Assembly: GCA_013265495.1 (NCBI GenBank)
Contig: MU058919.1
Location: forward strand, 2,170,001 to 2,234,000
Length of the DNA stretch: 64,000 nt
Reading direction: 5' to 3'
Source of the DNA: Vicugna vicugna
Lineage: Eukaryota
The notes below the pieces were generated by a model. That model saw only the letters and a program-made list of their open reading frames with translations, did not search any database and was not told the DNA's origin. Positions 23,871-37,519 of the stretch are shown here, one piece after another (positions within the stretch are counted from its first letter, which is position 1; each line of letters starts with the position of its first letter). Made by a program: the position numbers and the translations under genes.

Positions 23871-25854
23871 CAAGGATCCTCCGTCATCACTGTGCTGTGT
23901 TCTCGTCTGTTTCTGCCTTCAGTGAACAAACACGGCTTTTTGTTTCTTCTTTAAAGACGGATTTTTACCTGAACATGTCACTCCCCAGTCCTGAGCTCTT
24001 CCTGATTATGAAGCAGAGAGCTCCTCTGACTCTTGAGGGCATCTCCAAGCTGCAGGGATTTCAGGAGAAGAAACTGAGTATTCGAGCCAAAGCCGCAGGG
24101 GAGTTTGAGAGTAGTATCCATCCCTGCCAGGCTAGCCGTCATCCTCTCCGTGAGCTGCGCTTCCTCACGCTGAGGATAACGGTCACTGTCATAGTGGTCG
24201 CCGCTATGCCACGTTATAAAATATTACACAGCATTTTTGCATCGCACACAGGCTTTACCCACAGCAGCCCTGGCATTCCGTCCCGTTCTCTCTTCTCCTC
24301 CTCCCATTCAACACCTGTCTACGTGCTCCCGAGGCACCAGGAGAGACTCAAGGTTGAAGTCCGCTCAGCCCCTGCCCTCAAAGAACTTACAGTTGCCCAG
24401 AGAGATGAGAGGGTGGCACGAAGGACAGAAGCGGCCACGATGATCTGCCTGGAGCCGTGAGGGCCGGCAGGGAGGAACCCAAAAGCAGCAGTTCTGCCAA
24501 GGAGGGGAGCTTGCTTCTGCTGTGGTGATCAGACACGGCTCCGAGGAGGGGCCTGCCCCCGAGGAGGCCTTGAAGGCTCCCTGGCTTGAGACCTGCAGAG
24601 GCTGAGGGCGGGCACTCCAAGTGGAGCAGGGGATCGGAGAACCGTTTCCTCCCCACTTCCTCTGGCCAGGTGGGTGCCTGAGGGTCTGGTGGAGTGCTCC
24701 AGGCCCTTGCCTCCCCTGCCGCAGTTGGCCAGGTTAAAAAACTGTTTTTAAAGCTGACACAAAAATGAACAGAAGTAAAACAAAAGCTTAAAATGGCCTG
24801 GATTGGAGGAACTTAAAAAAATATACCTAAATATGAAAATGAGTATGTGTATGTATATGCATGACGGGGACATTGTGCTGCACACCAGAAACTGACATAT
24901 TGCAACTGACTGTAGATATGTACATATAAAACAAAAAGGGGTGCCCTGTGGTTTCGATGAATAATTTGCCTGAGTTCTAAATCGTGCCTGGATGCACTCT
25001 GAGCCCTGCCCCGGAGGTGCTGGAATGCTCTGTGTGTCCAAGGGATTCTGGACTCAGGGAAGACCAGAGCTCTGCCCTGGAAGCCCCTGGAGATGGAGAT
25101 TGTGAGACTGTTGTCGAAATCAGAGATGATTCCTGAGAATCAGAAAGCTGCGAATGCTGTGACAAACTTACACCCCGGGTTTCGTATGAACAAATCCGAA
25201 CCTGTGACTGGAATGTTCTCACAGTTATTTAAGTTGCCAGAGTGTGGCGAGTTTTCCTTCTAACCATTTCGTTCTTGTTGAAATGTAAGGAAAAGGAAGC
25301 TGAGAGATGGCATCCTTCTGAATACGGGTCAGAGAGCCAAGAATGTAACAGTCCATCACAGGCATGTCCAAACCTTTCAAATGGAAGACAACACAGTTAA
25401 ATCATTTTTATTACAGGCATAAAATAAAAATTAGTATAAAATATTAAATGTTTATGAGCACAGGCTCTGCTTTTAACAATTTCCAATTTAGATGGGATGG
25501 TGTAGCAATTAATTTCTCTCATAATCACTCTCCTTGATACATTAAGTTCCCTAAGTTTCACCTTCAGTCATTTAATGGCAAAAGACAATGGTGTCTGTAG
25601 CCATATTTAAAATATAAGAAACTCTTCCCCAGCGGCCTTTCCCTTCTCCGCTCCCCCGTCTCTGAATGCTGGACCAGGAGACCGCAGGAAGGTCAAATCC
25701 CTGGAGGGGTGGCGGTGGGCAGAGGGTGCCATTCCATTTCCTGGCACAGATGGGAGCTACACCCTGGAATCTCTCTCTTCAGCCCAACTTAAGAAAGGGT
25801 GGCTTGAGGAGAGGCACTGTGTCCCTGTATGAATAATTAATGAAGTAACATATT

Positions 25855-26400
25855 TTTCCAGGGAGACATTTTTATTCCTTTGGTATATCTGCATTATTTC
25901 TCAGTACATCGTATGTACTCATTCTGCGCAAACTTCATAGATTTTAATACTCATAGTTTCATTTTATTAAAGATTTTAAAATATACATACAAAGGATCAT
26001 ATTATACACATATTTCTGAATCTTGCTTTTTGAACTCAACAAAACTTCATGGAAATCCCAAAACAACTGGTATAACTTTAAGTCATTTAAAAATGCTGCA
26101 TAATATTTTATAATGTGGCTGTGCCATAATTTATTCATTCTCTTCCTGACAGGGCTTAATTTAATTTCCTCCTTGTATTTTATGCTTTTGCTAAATAATA
26201 TACAAATAAATATCCTCTTATATGTGTATATCCTTATGTCCTTCTGCTTTTATTTCTGTGGATTAGATTCCCAGGAATGGGATAGACATTTCCAGATAAC
26301 GGCTAAAAGAAGGGTTGTAACACTTTATAATGTGTGTGCATATTCTTTAGTGCACATCCCTAGCAATATTAAGAATTTTGAGTTACTTAAGATTTCTCTA
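25855..26400 (-). mobile_element. L1ME-like 3' fragment
   Basis: atgtggctgtgccataatttatt...attgatttctgtggattagattcccaggaatgggat resembles antisense L1ME. Confidence 0.65.
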
Positions 26401-26404
26401 GTCC

Positions 26405-26720
26405 AGTGGCTGCAAAGTGATTCATTCAGCAAACACTTAGTGAACACCTTCTCTGTACTGGGTACTGTTGTTGGCAGCCATATACAGCTGTGAACAAAGC
26501 AGGTCAAGTCCCTGTGCCCATGGGAATTCTGTTCTCGAGAGGCAAACGGACAAAAACATGTGGATACCTGGTGCGCCAGAGAGGATCTGAAGGGAAGGGG
26601 ACAGGAGTGATGGAGGCAGTGGCACAGACAGCGCTATTTAGGACAGGGTGCTCAGGAAGAACATCTCAGAGGCAGCATCTGAGCAGAGACTTGAAGAAAG
26701 TGTGGAACTGGGTCACGGGA
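26405..26720 (-). mobile_element. L2 3' end
   Basis: ttcattcagcaaacacttagtgaacaccttctctgtactgggtactgt...gtccctgtgcccatgg. Confidence 0.75.
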
Positions 26721-27913
26721 AGAGGGGGCCGCTGGTGGAGGCTCTCAGGCCGGTGCACGACTGGCGCGGCTTGCTGGACGGACAGCAAGCAGCCGGTGCG
26801 GCTGGCAGGGGTCTCCACCGCTCTATGCCTCGGAACTCCTTGGAAGCCCCCTGCAGAAGCGGTGCCACTGAAACGCACTGGGGTGGCACCACCAGGTGTC
26901 TAGCACACTGCTGGCTGCCGCATACAGCAGGAGCACACTGAATGCACACTGGAACAGGAAGAAAGACCCCATCTGCCCCAGTTTCCCTCCTGAGCCTCTA
27001 CTGGCAAAACTGGCACATAAATACATTACAAACATTTTTTCCAAAATTACCGTGAGTCTTTTGACTTTGTATAGAGCTCAGTTTGTCATCCCAGAGTTTA
27101 AAAACTGTATCTAGTCATATATATAAGTCATAAATATCATATATACATAAATATCATATATATGTAATTAATTTAAAATCTATAACTTCTAGTTGCCAGT
27201 CATGGTTAAGAAGGTCCTTCCAGTCCCTGGATGGTATGCATACACCTCTAGATTTTCTTGAAATGTTTAGAATTTTTTTTTTTTTTTGCTTTCAAATCTT
27301 CAGTCCATCTAGATTATATTTTTTAATGTGATGTAAATAAGGATCCAATTACATTTTCTTTCAGACATCCATTATACTGACACTATTTATTAAATAATCC
27401 ATCTTTTCCCCGCTGAAATGAAACCTTGTCTATCATATTTTTGTATTTGCTGTGATCTGATTTTGGATTCTCTGTTTGGTTCCATTGATCTCTTGGTCTC
27501 TTTCTGAGCCCACACTGACTTGACTGCAGAGCTTAGATCACGACCCATTATTTTGTAAGGCAAGTGTATTCACTGTTCTTTTCCATAACTTGCTTAGCTA
27601 TTCTGGGGGCACTTATCCTTCCATATAAGCTTTAATATCATTCCATCCCATTTGGAAACAACTCATTGAGATTTTAATTAGAATTAGACTACTTTCGTAA
27701 ATTAATTTAGGGGAATTGACTTTTCACGATATTAAGTCTTCCAATCCAAAAAGAGTATTTGTTCAGATCTTGTTTTAATCATTCAGTAAGAGTCTTTGCT
27801 TTTCTCCTTTTAAAGACTGCACTTTTTTGTTGAACCCAATTTCTAAGTATCTGTGGCTCTTGTTATTACCATTGTGAATGAGATGTCTTTTCCCGTTTCT
27901 ACTTCTAGGTGCT

Positions 27914-28340
27914 TGTGACTGTGTCCTGGCCAGAAACACACGGTATATTGAAGTGGGATACTAAAAAAATTTAAAAAGAAAGTATAAATGTGTAACGGGG
28001 TGGGTGCAAGTAAGGGAAGTCAGTGAGTGGAGAGGCAGGCCAGGGTGAGCCGAAGGGGCAGCAAAGGGTGGGCAGGAGCTGTTTACACAGCGTGGAGGGG
28101 AAGCCACAGCTGCAGGAGAGGAGAGCTGGAGGGGTGTCTTCGAGGAGGAGCCAGCAGCCGGCCAGCCGAAAGGAAGGTGCCCTGCCTCTCCCTCCTCCCA
28201 CCCTCCCACCTCCTGCCAGTGGTTCCTATTGGCTGAACCCAGCTGGAAGCCAGGGGGTGAGAAAATCAATGCAGGTGGGCAGAGCCAGGCAAGAAGGGAG
28301 GGCAGTGACTCAGGAAGGCAAATGGTGAGTATCCAGCACA
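27914..28340 (-). mobile_element. LTR33 (ERVL) solo LTR
   Basis: Ends ggaaggcaaatggtgagtatccagcaca, the reverse complement of the LTR33 5' terminus; cctcctgccagtggttcctattggctgaacc is present. Confidence 0.8.
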
Positions 28341-28569
28341 GCACGCAAATTCAGAATAGAGGAAAGCTGTTGAATTCTGTGCCTTCGTCTTGTATTAGGC
28401 CTCCTTACATGTTACCTTATTACTTCTGGTAACTTAAAAAAAAATCAGATCCTTCTGGGTTTTCTGGGTATACAGTTGCATCATTATTAAAAACAAGTAA
28501 GTCTATCTCTTCTTTTGCAGTGTTTGTATTGTCAATTATACATACATCTCAATTTTTTCATTTTCCTCT

Positions 28570-29020
28570 TGTGTTAGTTACCTAGGGTTGCCTTAGAAAA
28601 GTATTATCAACCAAGTGGCTCAAATAGCAGAAATGTATTGTCTCACAGCTCTGGGAGCTGGAAGTCCAAGACCAAAGTGTCATCAGGGCTGGATCCCTCT
28701 GAGGCTGTGGGGGGGAATCTGTTTGGTGTCTTCCCAGCTCCTGGTGGTTTACTGACAGTCTCTGGTGTTCTTGGCATGCAGAAGCATCACCCCAGTGTCT
28801 GCCTTCATGTGCACGGGGCATTCTCCCTGTGTGCACGTGGCTGTGTCCAAACTTGCCCTTTTTATCGGTCATCTTGGAGGAGGGCCCAGTTCTAATGACC
28901 TTGATCTAATTAACTTGATCATCTGCAAAGAGCCTCTTTCCAAATTAGGTTACACTCACAGGAACTGGGGGTTAGGACTTCAGCATTTTTTTCAGCAGGG
29001 ACACAATTCAACCCACGACA
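28570..29020 (-). mobile_element. MLT1C-like MaLR solo LTR
   Basis: tgtgttagttacctagggttgcc...agaaatgtattgtctcacag...gggacacaattcaacccacgaca; TG..CA termini; decayed TSD cctct/cttgt. Confidence 0.88.
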
Positions 29021-31311
29021 CTTGTATTGCTTTTGCTAAAACCTTTAAGACGACACTTAATAATAACAGCAATGGCAGACATTATTGTCTCACTTCTAAT
29101 TTAATTGAAATTATTTAAAGTTTTCCTCTTATGGAATATACTGGTTGTTGATTTTTGTTAAATGGTCTTTATTAATAATTGAGTAAATAATAGTTTAATA
29201 AATAAGTGATAATATAGTTGCTAAATTATTTCCTTCTCTTTCCCTTTTACTTAAAAATTGTGCTAGAAATAAAATTACCACTACATTTTATCAATTGCCT
29301 TTCTAGCATTTGTTGATTTGATCAAGTGATTTTACTCCTTTAATTGATTGATGTAATAGATTGTTGTTGATAATTGTAGAGCTGTTGAATCTTTCTTGCC
29401 TTCTGATATGAAACCCTTTGTGATAAAAATAGATTATTCCTTTGATACATAGATATATTCTAAAAAATTCCATTTATAATTTTTACATTGATTTTCATAA
29501 GTTAAATCAAACTATAATGGTCCTTTTTGACAATTCTTTCGATCAGGTTTTGGTATTAAACGTATGCAAACTTCACAAGTTTCACTGGGAAGACTTCTTT
29601 ATCTCTGGCTTAGAACAGCTTACATAATGTCGGCTTTATTTGTCTCATCTTTAAAAGTTAGATAAAATGCAGCTGTGAACCCACCTTGTTTTATATATTT
29701 CTTAATGACACGTCTTTAAGCAACTTTACAATTTTCTCTGTGGTAATTGGTCCATTCAAGGTTTCCGCTTTTTATTGTGTCAATTTAGGTAATGTACACT
29801 TAATTTGTTTTTTTCTCTATATTTTCAAAGTATTTGCCATAATATTACATGTAATATTTCCTCATATTTTTTCTAAGTTATTTTTCATCTGTGATTCAAT
29901 CTCTTCTCTCATTTTTATCCTATATATTTTTGCTCTCTTGCTATATTTTTCTTAATCAAACTTGAAAGGAATTTATCTCTATTTTTTTTTTTTTTTAGTG
30001 TTCTTTCCAAAAAAACAGGCTTTGGATTAATTTATCCTTCTACTGTCTTTGTTGCTACGGTTTTCTACTTCATTAATTTTGTCTTTTAAATTAATAAATT
30101 TCCACTTTCTGACTTTTTAAATTCATTTTATGGTTCCTTTTTTAATTTCTGGTTTTCTTCTTTTCATTATTTTATCTTTTATTTTATTATTTTATTATTG
30201 TTTCCTTATTTTTCATTTTTGATAACTAATTAAATCTACAGTTGTTTTTAAAGCTTTTCAATGTGTACCATAGTTTTTTTTTAGAATAAAGTATTCTCTT
30301 CATTATTTGCCTAGTGGTTTGTGTTTCCCTTTAATTTTGTATTTGACCTAAAGATTAGCTAGGACTATGGTTCTTAACTTAAAAGATTTTTGGTCAATGT
30401 TTAATTACTAATTTATAATTTTTTTGAATTTGGTATAATACTATGGCCTTTAAATATCTACTTTTTGATCCTCTATGTCCACACTTACTTTTGATTTTTC
30501 ATTATTCTTTCCTGTTTTTTCTTTAAAAAATTTTCTTATTTAGTCAAGTTGCTGTTTATTTCCTTTTCCCCAAGCTAATGTGGAATTTTAACTAAAGATT
30601 TCTATTCAATTAATGATTATTAGACTTTCCCCAAACCTCTTAAACAGAAACATATTTTTAAATTGTTATTTTAATCGAGATTCTAAGTGCTCCCCCCACC
30701 AGGATGCACTGTTTCCCTTTTCTTCTGCGCTGTCCCAGTCGGGTGAAGCCACTTTCAAGATGTTCCTGGCTATTCTGGAAATTTTATTTTGGTGAATTTT
30801 AGTGTTGATTTATAAAATTGAAAAATTAACAAACAAAACTAAAAAAGAAATTGGGATTGTGATAGACACTGCGTTAAGCAAATTTTGAGAAGTAGTGGCA
30901 ATTTTTCTAACATTGACTTTCCTGATCCGAAAATAGAATCTGTTTCTATTCACGTGTGATGCGACATCCTTCAGAAAAGCTTTGTCAGTTTTTTTATACT
31001 GAAGTTATGCATGTATCAGACTTATTTCCCCAATTTTGTACTTTTAATTGCTATTGTGAATGGATCTCTGTTTCCATTATACTTCCTACCTGGTTATCAT
31101 TGTAATAAAGGAAAGCATTTTGTATATTCATCTTGTCTCTACTTAGAAAATCAGCAGCATACTAAATTTTAATATTCCACGTAGTGTAAAATAATAGTAT
31201 CTAGAGAAGATATTCTGGTTTTATTCCTCACTTCAGTATCTTTACTTAAATATTAACTTTTATATTCTAATATATATTCTATATCATTTTATTTTATTTT
31301 GTCTTATTTTA

Positions 31312-31610
31312 TGTTTTTCATGGTAAAGCGAAAGCAAGTTTATTTAGAGAGAGACACACTCCATAGACAGACTGCGGTCTGTCTCACTTAGAAGGAAAAA
31401 CTTGACTTAGGAGATGCGTGTTCCGTAGACAGAATGCGGGCCATCTCCAAAGGTGAGCGGGAGAGAAACCGAGAGGCGTGGGGGTACTTAGTTTAAAGTA
31501 AAAGCAGATACACACTGCATCGACAGAGTGCGGGCCGTCTCAGAAGGCAAGAGAGAGCGACCACGAGGTGCGGAGTTGTTAGGTTTTATGGGCTTGGTAA
31601 TTTTATATCA
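31312..31610 (-). mobile_element. Truncated ERV LTR (ERV1-like), CpG-retaining
   Basis: TG terminus at 31312, minus-strand AATAAA at 31339-31344, three copies of an approximately 25-nt motif. Confidence 0.6.
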
Positions 31611-31989
31611 TTTAAAAAGTTTTATTTTATAGATATTTCTAAGAGTTGTTTCTTTTTATTCAAATCCAGAATAAATCAGAAATTTTGTAGGCTGTCGTGA
31701 TGTCTCCTGAGATGCTTACTAAATTTTTTCTTAACCTTTCAGTGCAATGATTTACATTAACAGATTTCTTAAGAGTCTTTGCGTTCTTAATATATTTTAT
31801 ACCTCATTGAAGTTTATTTGCTAATATTTTCTTTTGGATTTTTGCAGTTTTGTTCATAAGTAAGTGACCTATAGTTTTTCTTTCTTGAGCTGCTTTTGTC
31901 TGATTTTGATATCAAGAATATATTAATCTTTTAAAAGATGTCTGAAAGACACTCCAAATGTATTTTTGCAAAAAATACGAACTGTATCT

Positions 31990-32180
31990 TAATTCTATTG
32001 AAAAGTGTCTATCACGCTAATCAGGTCTTGAAAGGAAGGGGCTCCATGGCTCAGCAGGTCTGGGAAGTGTACCCTCTCTTGGAGATTCGTGATATGTCAT
32101 GTGCAAAGGCTCTGAAAATTCCTGTTGGGAAGAAGCTTATTTCTTCAACCTAGCCTTTACCAAACTAATTTCAGCACAGA
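31990..32180. mobile_element. hAT-Charlie (Charlie4/MER113-like) remnant
   Basis: cttggagattcgtgatatg...aaaggctctgaaaattcctg...cctttaccaaactaattt. Confidence 0.5.
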
Positions 32181-32279
32181 ACATTTATTTTTTAAGTTCA
32201 TCTATTAAACCATGCTACAGGAGATCTTTAAAGAGATACCAGTTTTAGAAATGCCATTTTAAGCACAAAGACGTTTCTT

Positions 32280-32620
32280 ATAAATTATTGATAATAGGAA
32301 GATTAGGAAACAACCTAAACAATAGGGGTGTGTAGAATGGGACATTATGCGGTCACAGACTGCTGTGTGCAAAGATTTTATAAAGGCATGAGAATGCATT
32401 CATGTTGCATGCGTGCATTGCATGAAAATGCAATAATGTTAAGTGAAAAATCAGGATAAAAATATATGATGTGATCACATGTACCTTAAACACAAAGAAA
32501 TGGAAACAGAGAAAGTGATTAGGAATAAATTCACCAAGATTCAGACAGTCATCTCGGATGGTGGTTGTTTCGTACACTTGTTTCAGTGTTCTTTTTTCTG
32601 TTTCTATAAGCACGTGTTGC
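32280..32620 (+). mobile_element. L1ME/L1MC 3' end
   Basis: ggaaacaacctaaa...aatgttaagtgaaaaatcagg matches the L1M 3'UTR pattern. Confidence 0.6.
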
Positions 32621-34149
32621 TTCCATATTTGGGGGAAAATGGTAATACCAAAGTAGGAGAAGCCTTCCTTTTTTACCTAAAGGGAGCATGGAGGTGGGAG
32701 TCTGTTGGTGGAGGGATGAATGTCAGGAGAAGGTGCTGGGTGCCAGGGCCTCTGCCTAATGTCCTTTCTTGCCTCCTGCCTTTGCAAGGGCTTCCTGGGG
32801 CTGGCCACGTCCCTGGTGTGGACGTAAGTGTGAGCAGCCTCTCCTACACACCAGTGCCAGGTTCTAACTTAGCAGGATGGGCTCCTGAGCACATATTCCA
32901 CCCTGCCCCTACTCCCTTTCCATCCCATACTTGCACTAACTACATTAAGACTCTCTCTCCCATTTGACCACAACTTCTCCAAGGCTGAGGACAGGGGCTG
33001 AGTCAGTTAGCACAGTTCTGGCAATTAGCATAGGGCTGTATGAAGGACACAAATGAGCACTTGTTTGTTCGTATTCTAAAATAATGTAAGTGGTGTCAGT
33101 CTCCTTAAATGCCCCCCACCAACTCCCGAAATCAACCCTGCTCAGCACAGAGGAGTCCAGAAGGAAGCAGAAGGATTCTGTAGCTCCAGAAAGAAGTGTT
33201 AGAGGCACGATGCACTCTGCTGGGTCACTGAGAACACTTCTGACTCTCTCCCTCTAAATCCAGTTTCTCCATTCTTGGACCTAGGATTCCCCCACCCCTG
33301 AAGTAGAAATTTTCTGTTCTGCATTATGGAGTTCTAATTGATTCACATGACTATCCCTCAATTTCAGAGTAACAGTGAAATTTTGTATATGGGGCAATTA
33401 CCCAGTAAGGGCTTTTTTTCATGACAGAGAGAATTTTTCATTACAGAGAGAATTGGGATATCTAGTAACAGCTCCCACTCTTGATATATTTATTAATGGG
33501 ATTCTGATTCTGACTAATTACGCAAAGGTTTACATAATTCTTGACCTCTTCTAACAGAGAATGTGTACTATGCAATTTTTGAAGGCTAAAGACACAGGAT
33601 CTCCTATAAATTCTGGGCCACACACATAAAAGATCAAGAGCTAATTTTTCAAGGAGCACTCTCTCTCTCCTGCCTTCAAAATTCACGTGTGCAATCCAGA
33701 ATCTATTCAACCACCACCTGACTTTGTATTATTTTGATCCTCTCTGTCAGATTAAGACAAAGCTTCGTTTTCCTGAGATTTTGACATAGTTTTGACAAGC
33801 GACGACCCCTTAATACCAAGAACGGCACCATCATAATGGCTTTCGTGGCTGAGCTCTTCCTCTGGGCCACACACCAGGTCAGGGCTCATCCTCAGAACCC
33901 ACGGCCCTCCCACCGAGTGGCGGGTTCTGCTGTTGCAGGTGAGCAAGCCGAGGCTCAGGGAGGTCCAGTCACTACCTAGGATGGTGCAGCTAGTGAGTAT
34001 GCACGAGGTCAGGGGCTCAGGCACAGGCCGAACTTTCTCCACAGCCAGACCATTTGTTTGTAACAGCTGTGTGGGAAAAATGGAACTGACACATGAAATG
34101 GGCAGTACTCATGCAGTATGGCCATAATAGAAAGAAACTCCAATTGTCT

Positions 34150-34370
34150 AACCCCTGAGCAGCACCAGGCACTATTCTAAGCAATCGTGAGAGATGAATT
34201 CATTCCATTCACAATGACCCAACGAGGCAGGGACCATTACTGTCTCCAGTTTACAGGGGGAGCAATGCAATGGTAGGTTAGGCCACTTGCCCAAGGCCAT
34301 GCCTCTGGCAGGAGCAGGGCAGGGCTCTGACCCCAAGGAGTCTGGCTCTAGGTCTGGGGAAGAAGCTGCT
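34150..34370 (-). mobile_element. MIR SINE
   Basis: ccaggcactattctaagc...ccattactgtctccagtttacagg...cacttgcccaaggcc; a second MIR piece lies at about 33925-34025. Confidence 0.7.
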
Positions 34371-34661
34371 ACTCCTTCCTGCATGAGAGCAACAGGAGCC
34401 CTGGGACTCTCTTCTTGGCTGTTGGTCCCCTCTGTTAAAACAGATTAATCCAACACTTGCTCTGCCATCCTCAGCTTAAAGAGATTTTTGGATTATCTTT
34501 GGAAATTGGCAAGACATGTCTGTCCTGGGCTAGTCAAGATATTTCAGCCTCTTTGCAACTGAATGTGTATCTTCAAGCACCCTTCGGGGAGGCAGGAAGC
34601 AGTGGGAAAAATCTGGCTATGGATTCGGTATTTGTTAAATCTGCGTGTCACTTTGGTATGT

Positions 34662-34682
34662 GCGTGTGTGTGTGTGTGTGTG
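34662..34682. repeat. (TG)n microsatellite
   Basis: Directly visible. Confidence 0.9.
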
Positions 34683-35167
34683 AAAAAGCAGCTTCCTTCA
34701 GATTTTTTTAATCCAGATGCTAATAAGATGGTAGGGAGGAAAAAGAAAGTTCTGCACTTCACATTTTGGGGCACCAGCTGCCTTAGACCATATTAGTGAA
34801 GTGCTGTTTTCCCAGAAGATTATCATCACCAGAAGACCGCCTCAAATTAACATTTTGCAAGAGCTTCCTATCCCCTTTGTATTTATTATTTGGCTTCAAA
34901 TTACCTCAGTCAATAAAACTACCATTGTTGGTTCGCACCTTTCAGAAAATTTGTGTGCATTAAACACTTTGGCAATATTTATTTATTCTGCCATCTGTCT
35001 CACTATCTACACATTCTCAACAGTCTGGCCCAGAAAGCGCCCAAAATCACCTGAGCATCATAAAATTGTCCATGGCTGTGAGAGTAACGCGTGGAGAACA
35101 CAGCTGCTGTCCTGCTGCCTGGTTTAATGAGGTTCTGAAAGTATGTGGACAAGGATGCTTTCCCTTG

Positions 35168-35181
35168 GTTACTATGGCAAC
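35168..35181. promoter_or_regulatory. RFX X-box motif
   Basis: GTTACTATGGCAAC fits the RFX consensus GTYRCYRTRGYAAC, in unique sequence. Confidence 0.5.
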
Positions 35182-37519
35182 AGGATGGGCGCTCAGAGCA
35201 GGTGTCAGCAGCATTGAAATCAAGATGAATCAGCTGATGGCTCGTCATCTGGGAGGAGGCAGTGACCAAGCCGAGGTGGCTCCAGTTTGCACACAATCTC
35301 ACCCTCCTGTTCCTTCCTTCAGACAAACCCCAGGACAGACACCCAAACTCCAGCCCGACTTTATTCTGAACATGTTGTGTTGCCATATAAGCTTTGTGAG
35401 TCTAAGAGGACTTGCACTTTGAGAATTTCAAAATTAGAAATGCCTAGAATACTTCTGTTCTTTCAGATCCTAATTAATTGGTGATCTGTTGTTTTAGCTG
35501 AAAAGAAACAGTCACACAGCCACCCCGCACTTCCCTTCCTCCAACACGGGTTTAGTTGATTTCATTCAAAGTCAGGCTCACCTCCAGAGGAAACTTTTTG
35601 TTTGAGTGAATAGAATAGGATATCCAGTGCTTCTGGCTAAACTCACCATTTTTAGGGTCAAAGGCTCTTTACACAAAGCTGGTTTTCATCCTAAATTATG
35701 TTGTTACCAGTGAAGCAGCACAATCCATGAACTTTAGTGGCAGCTCCGTGAGTCACTAAAGTTTATAAAGGGCTCTTTACATCACTTGTAAAGAACAGAA
35801 AATTGAATATAAAATAATTCTCTACAATTCATTCTATATTTGTGGAATAGTTTTCAAGTGGGAAGGTATGAATTCAGTTCGGCTAACTGAACTGAAGTAT
35901 TATTGGAGAACTAAGAAAAGGCTTGAACACCGTTCTTCAGAAAGTTCCAATTTGGCACCAGAAACTCGAAGCAGAGTAACCTTTGGTAAATACAGATCTC
36001 TTCCGATTTTTGCAAAGAGAAGGAATCTTTAACTTCTTGGCTTTATCTTCCTAAGATTTTTCTCCCTCTTTGTACAGGGTCAAATAGAATTCATTAGCCA
36101 ATTAGCTCAGAGAAAATAAGGCAGCGTATATGCTATTTCATGTAGAAAAAGAGCAAAGTGTTCAATTTTTCTGCTTTTTGGCTGAACTGACAGATATTCT
36201 TTGTTCTCTAGGAATGTGATGATTTAGGCTAAAATTCTGCTTCCTGAATAATTCAGATAATTGCCTCAACCCCATACTTTGCTGGAGCTGGAGAGACTTG
36301 ACTTCAAAAGGCAGGTGATCAAATTAAAATCACGTTTTAATGACCCTATTTTAAGCCGTTTTTGAAAGAAAAAAGATAGGTATTTACTGCTTAATTAAAC
36401 ATTTCTATGTATTTTGAAAACATAGATGAACCACATAAATGCTGAACAGATTAGTCTAACGTTAAGTGGTGAGCAGTGAAAAAGCTCTTTTGAAATGGAG
36501 TGGAGGGTGTGTTGGATACACTAGACTTTGTTCCGGAAGAACCATCCAATCAGATGTTTTTTGTCAGGCAGATGTTACAGTTTAGATGTTGGAGGAGACA
36601 GAGCTTTCATCCTGGCCCTTAGAAGTTGCGAGCACAAAGTGGTGCTTGTTACGCGGCTCTGTAGCTGCCAGTCTGTGGCATGTCACTCAGTGCCGTTGTC
36701 CCGAGGAGTCTGAGGGCTAGAGCTACAACAAGCATTTCTTGGGTATTACTGGCATAGGGGCAACTAACCTGCACATGAAGGGAAATGCAAAAGATGTAAT
36801 TGAAAGAAGTGGAGATGCTGTCAGACTTGCCTCCTGTGGTAGCCGAGAGCTCCACTTTGGCATCACGAGTGATTGTGTTCTCACCCTGTGGACACTCGCA
36901 AGCCCCTGAGTCATGCTCCTAACTCAGAACCGTGATTTGAGCACCGGAGTAGTTTGCCTGGCGGGTGAGTGATTCGGCCTGCGCCATCTGCACACCTTGT
37001 CCCGAGCAACCCAAGTGCAGGGTTTACTGCCTGGGGTGGACACGCACAGCTGTAGCCGCAGAGCAGAACGGAGCCAGGGAGGGCTGAAGCAACGGCTCCT
37101 ATCTGTCCGCCATGCCCACCGGCACAGGGCCCACCTAGGATGGACCCAACTCTGTGCCAGCTCCCTGCCGGGCCCTGGGCTGCTCCTAAGGGCTGTCACA
37201 CCCTGGGCAGGTGGGAGCCTGGACCTGGCGGCATCCGACCTCAGAAAGGCTTCATCCCTGCCCCTGAAGCCCACAGCCCTTTGTGGGTACGACTCTCTCT
37301 GCAACTCTCAGTGAAGCCCACTTTGAATCTTGGCCCCTTCCTCAAATGTCTGCCCAACTCTTCCAAGGGGGCCCCTCCTCTCAGCAGGTGACCTTGTCCC
37401 CCAGTTGCCGGAGAAAACAGAAACCCTTGGGCAGGGATATGACCAGCCCCACAAAGCATCCTGCCTTTACCCATCCTCTCCTCATTCTCTCCTGTTCTAA
37501 TAATAATATCAACAACAGA

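Larger units (their letters stand above)
27050..32050 (-). mobile_element. Degraded L1M (ORF2 region), interrupted by nested LTRs
   Basis: Antisense L1 ORF2-like T-rich text (ctctgtttggttccattgatct, ttattgagatttta, atgttcctggctattctgg) resumes on both sides of the inserted LTRs. Confidence 0.65.

Noticed and set aside
23798-24460. Longest ORF in the track (220 aa, + strand)
   Set aside because: No recognisable domain or homolog, composition typical of GC-rich non-coding DNA, and no supporting exon structure.
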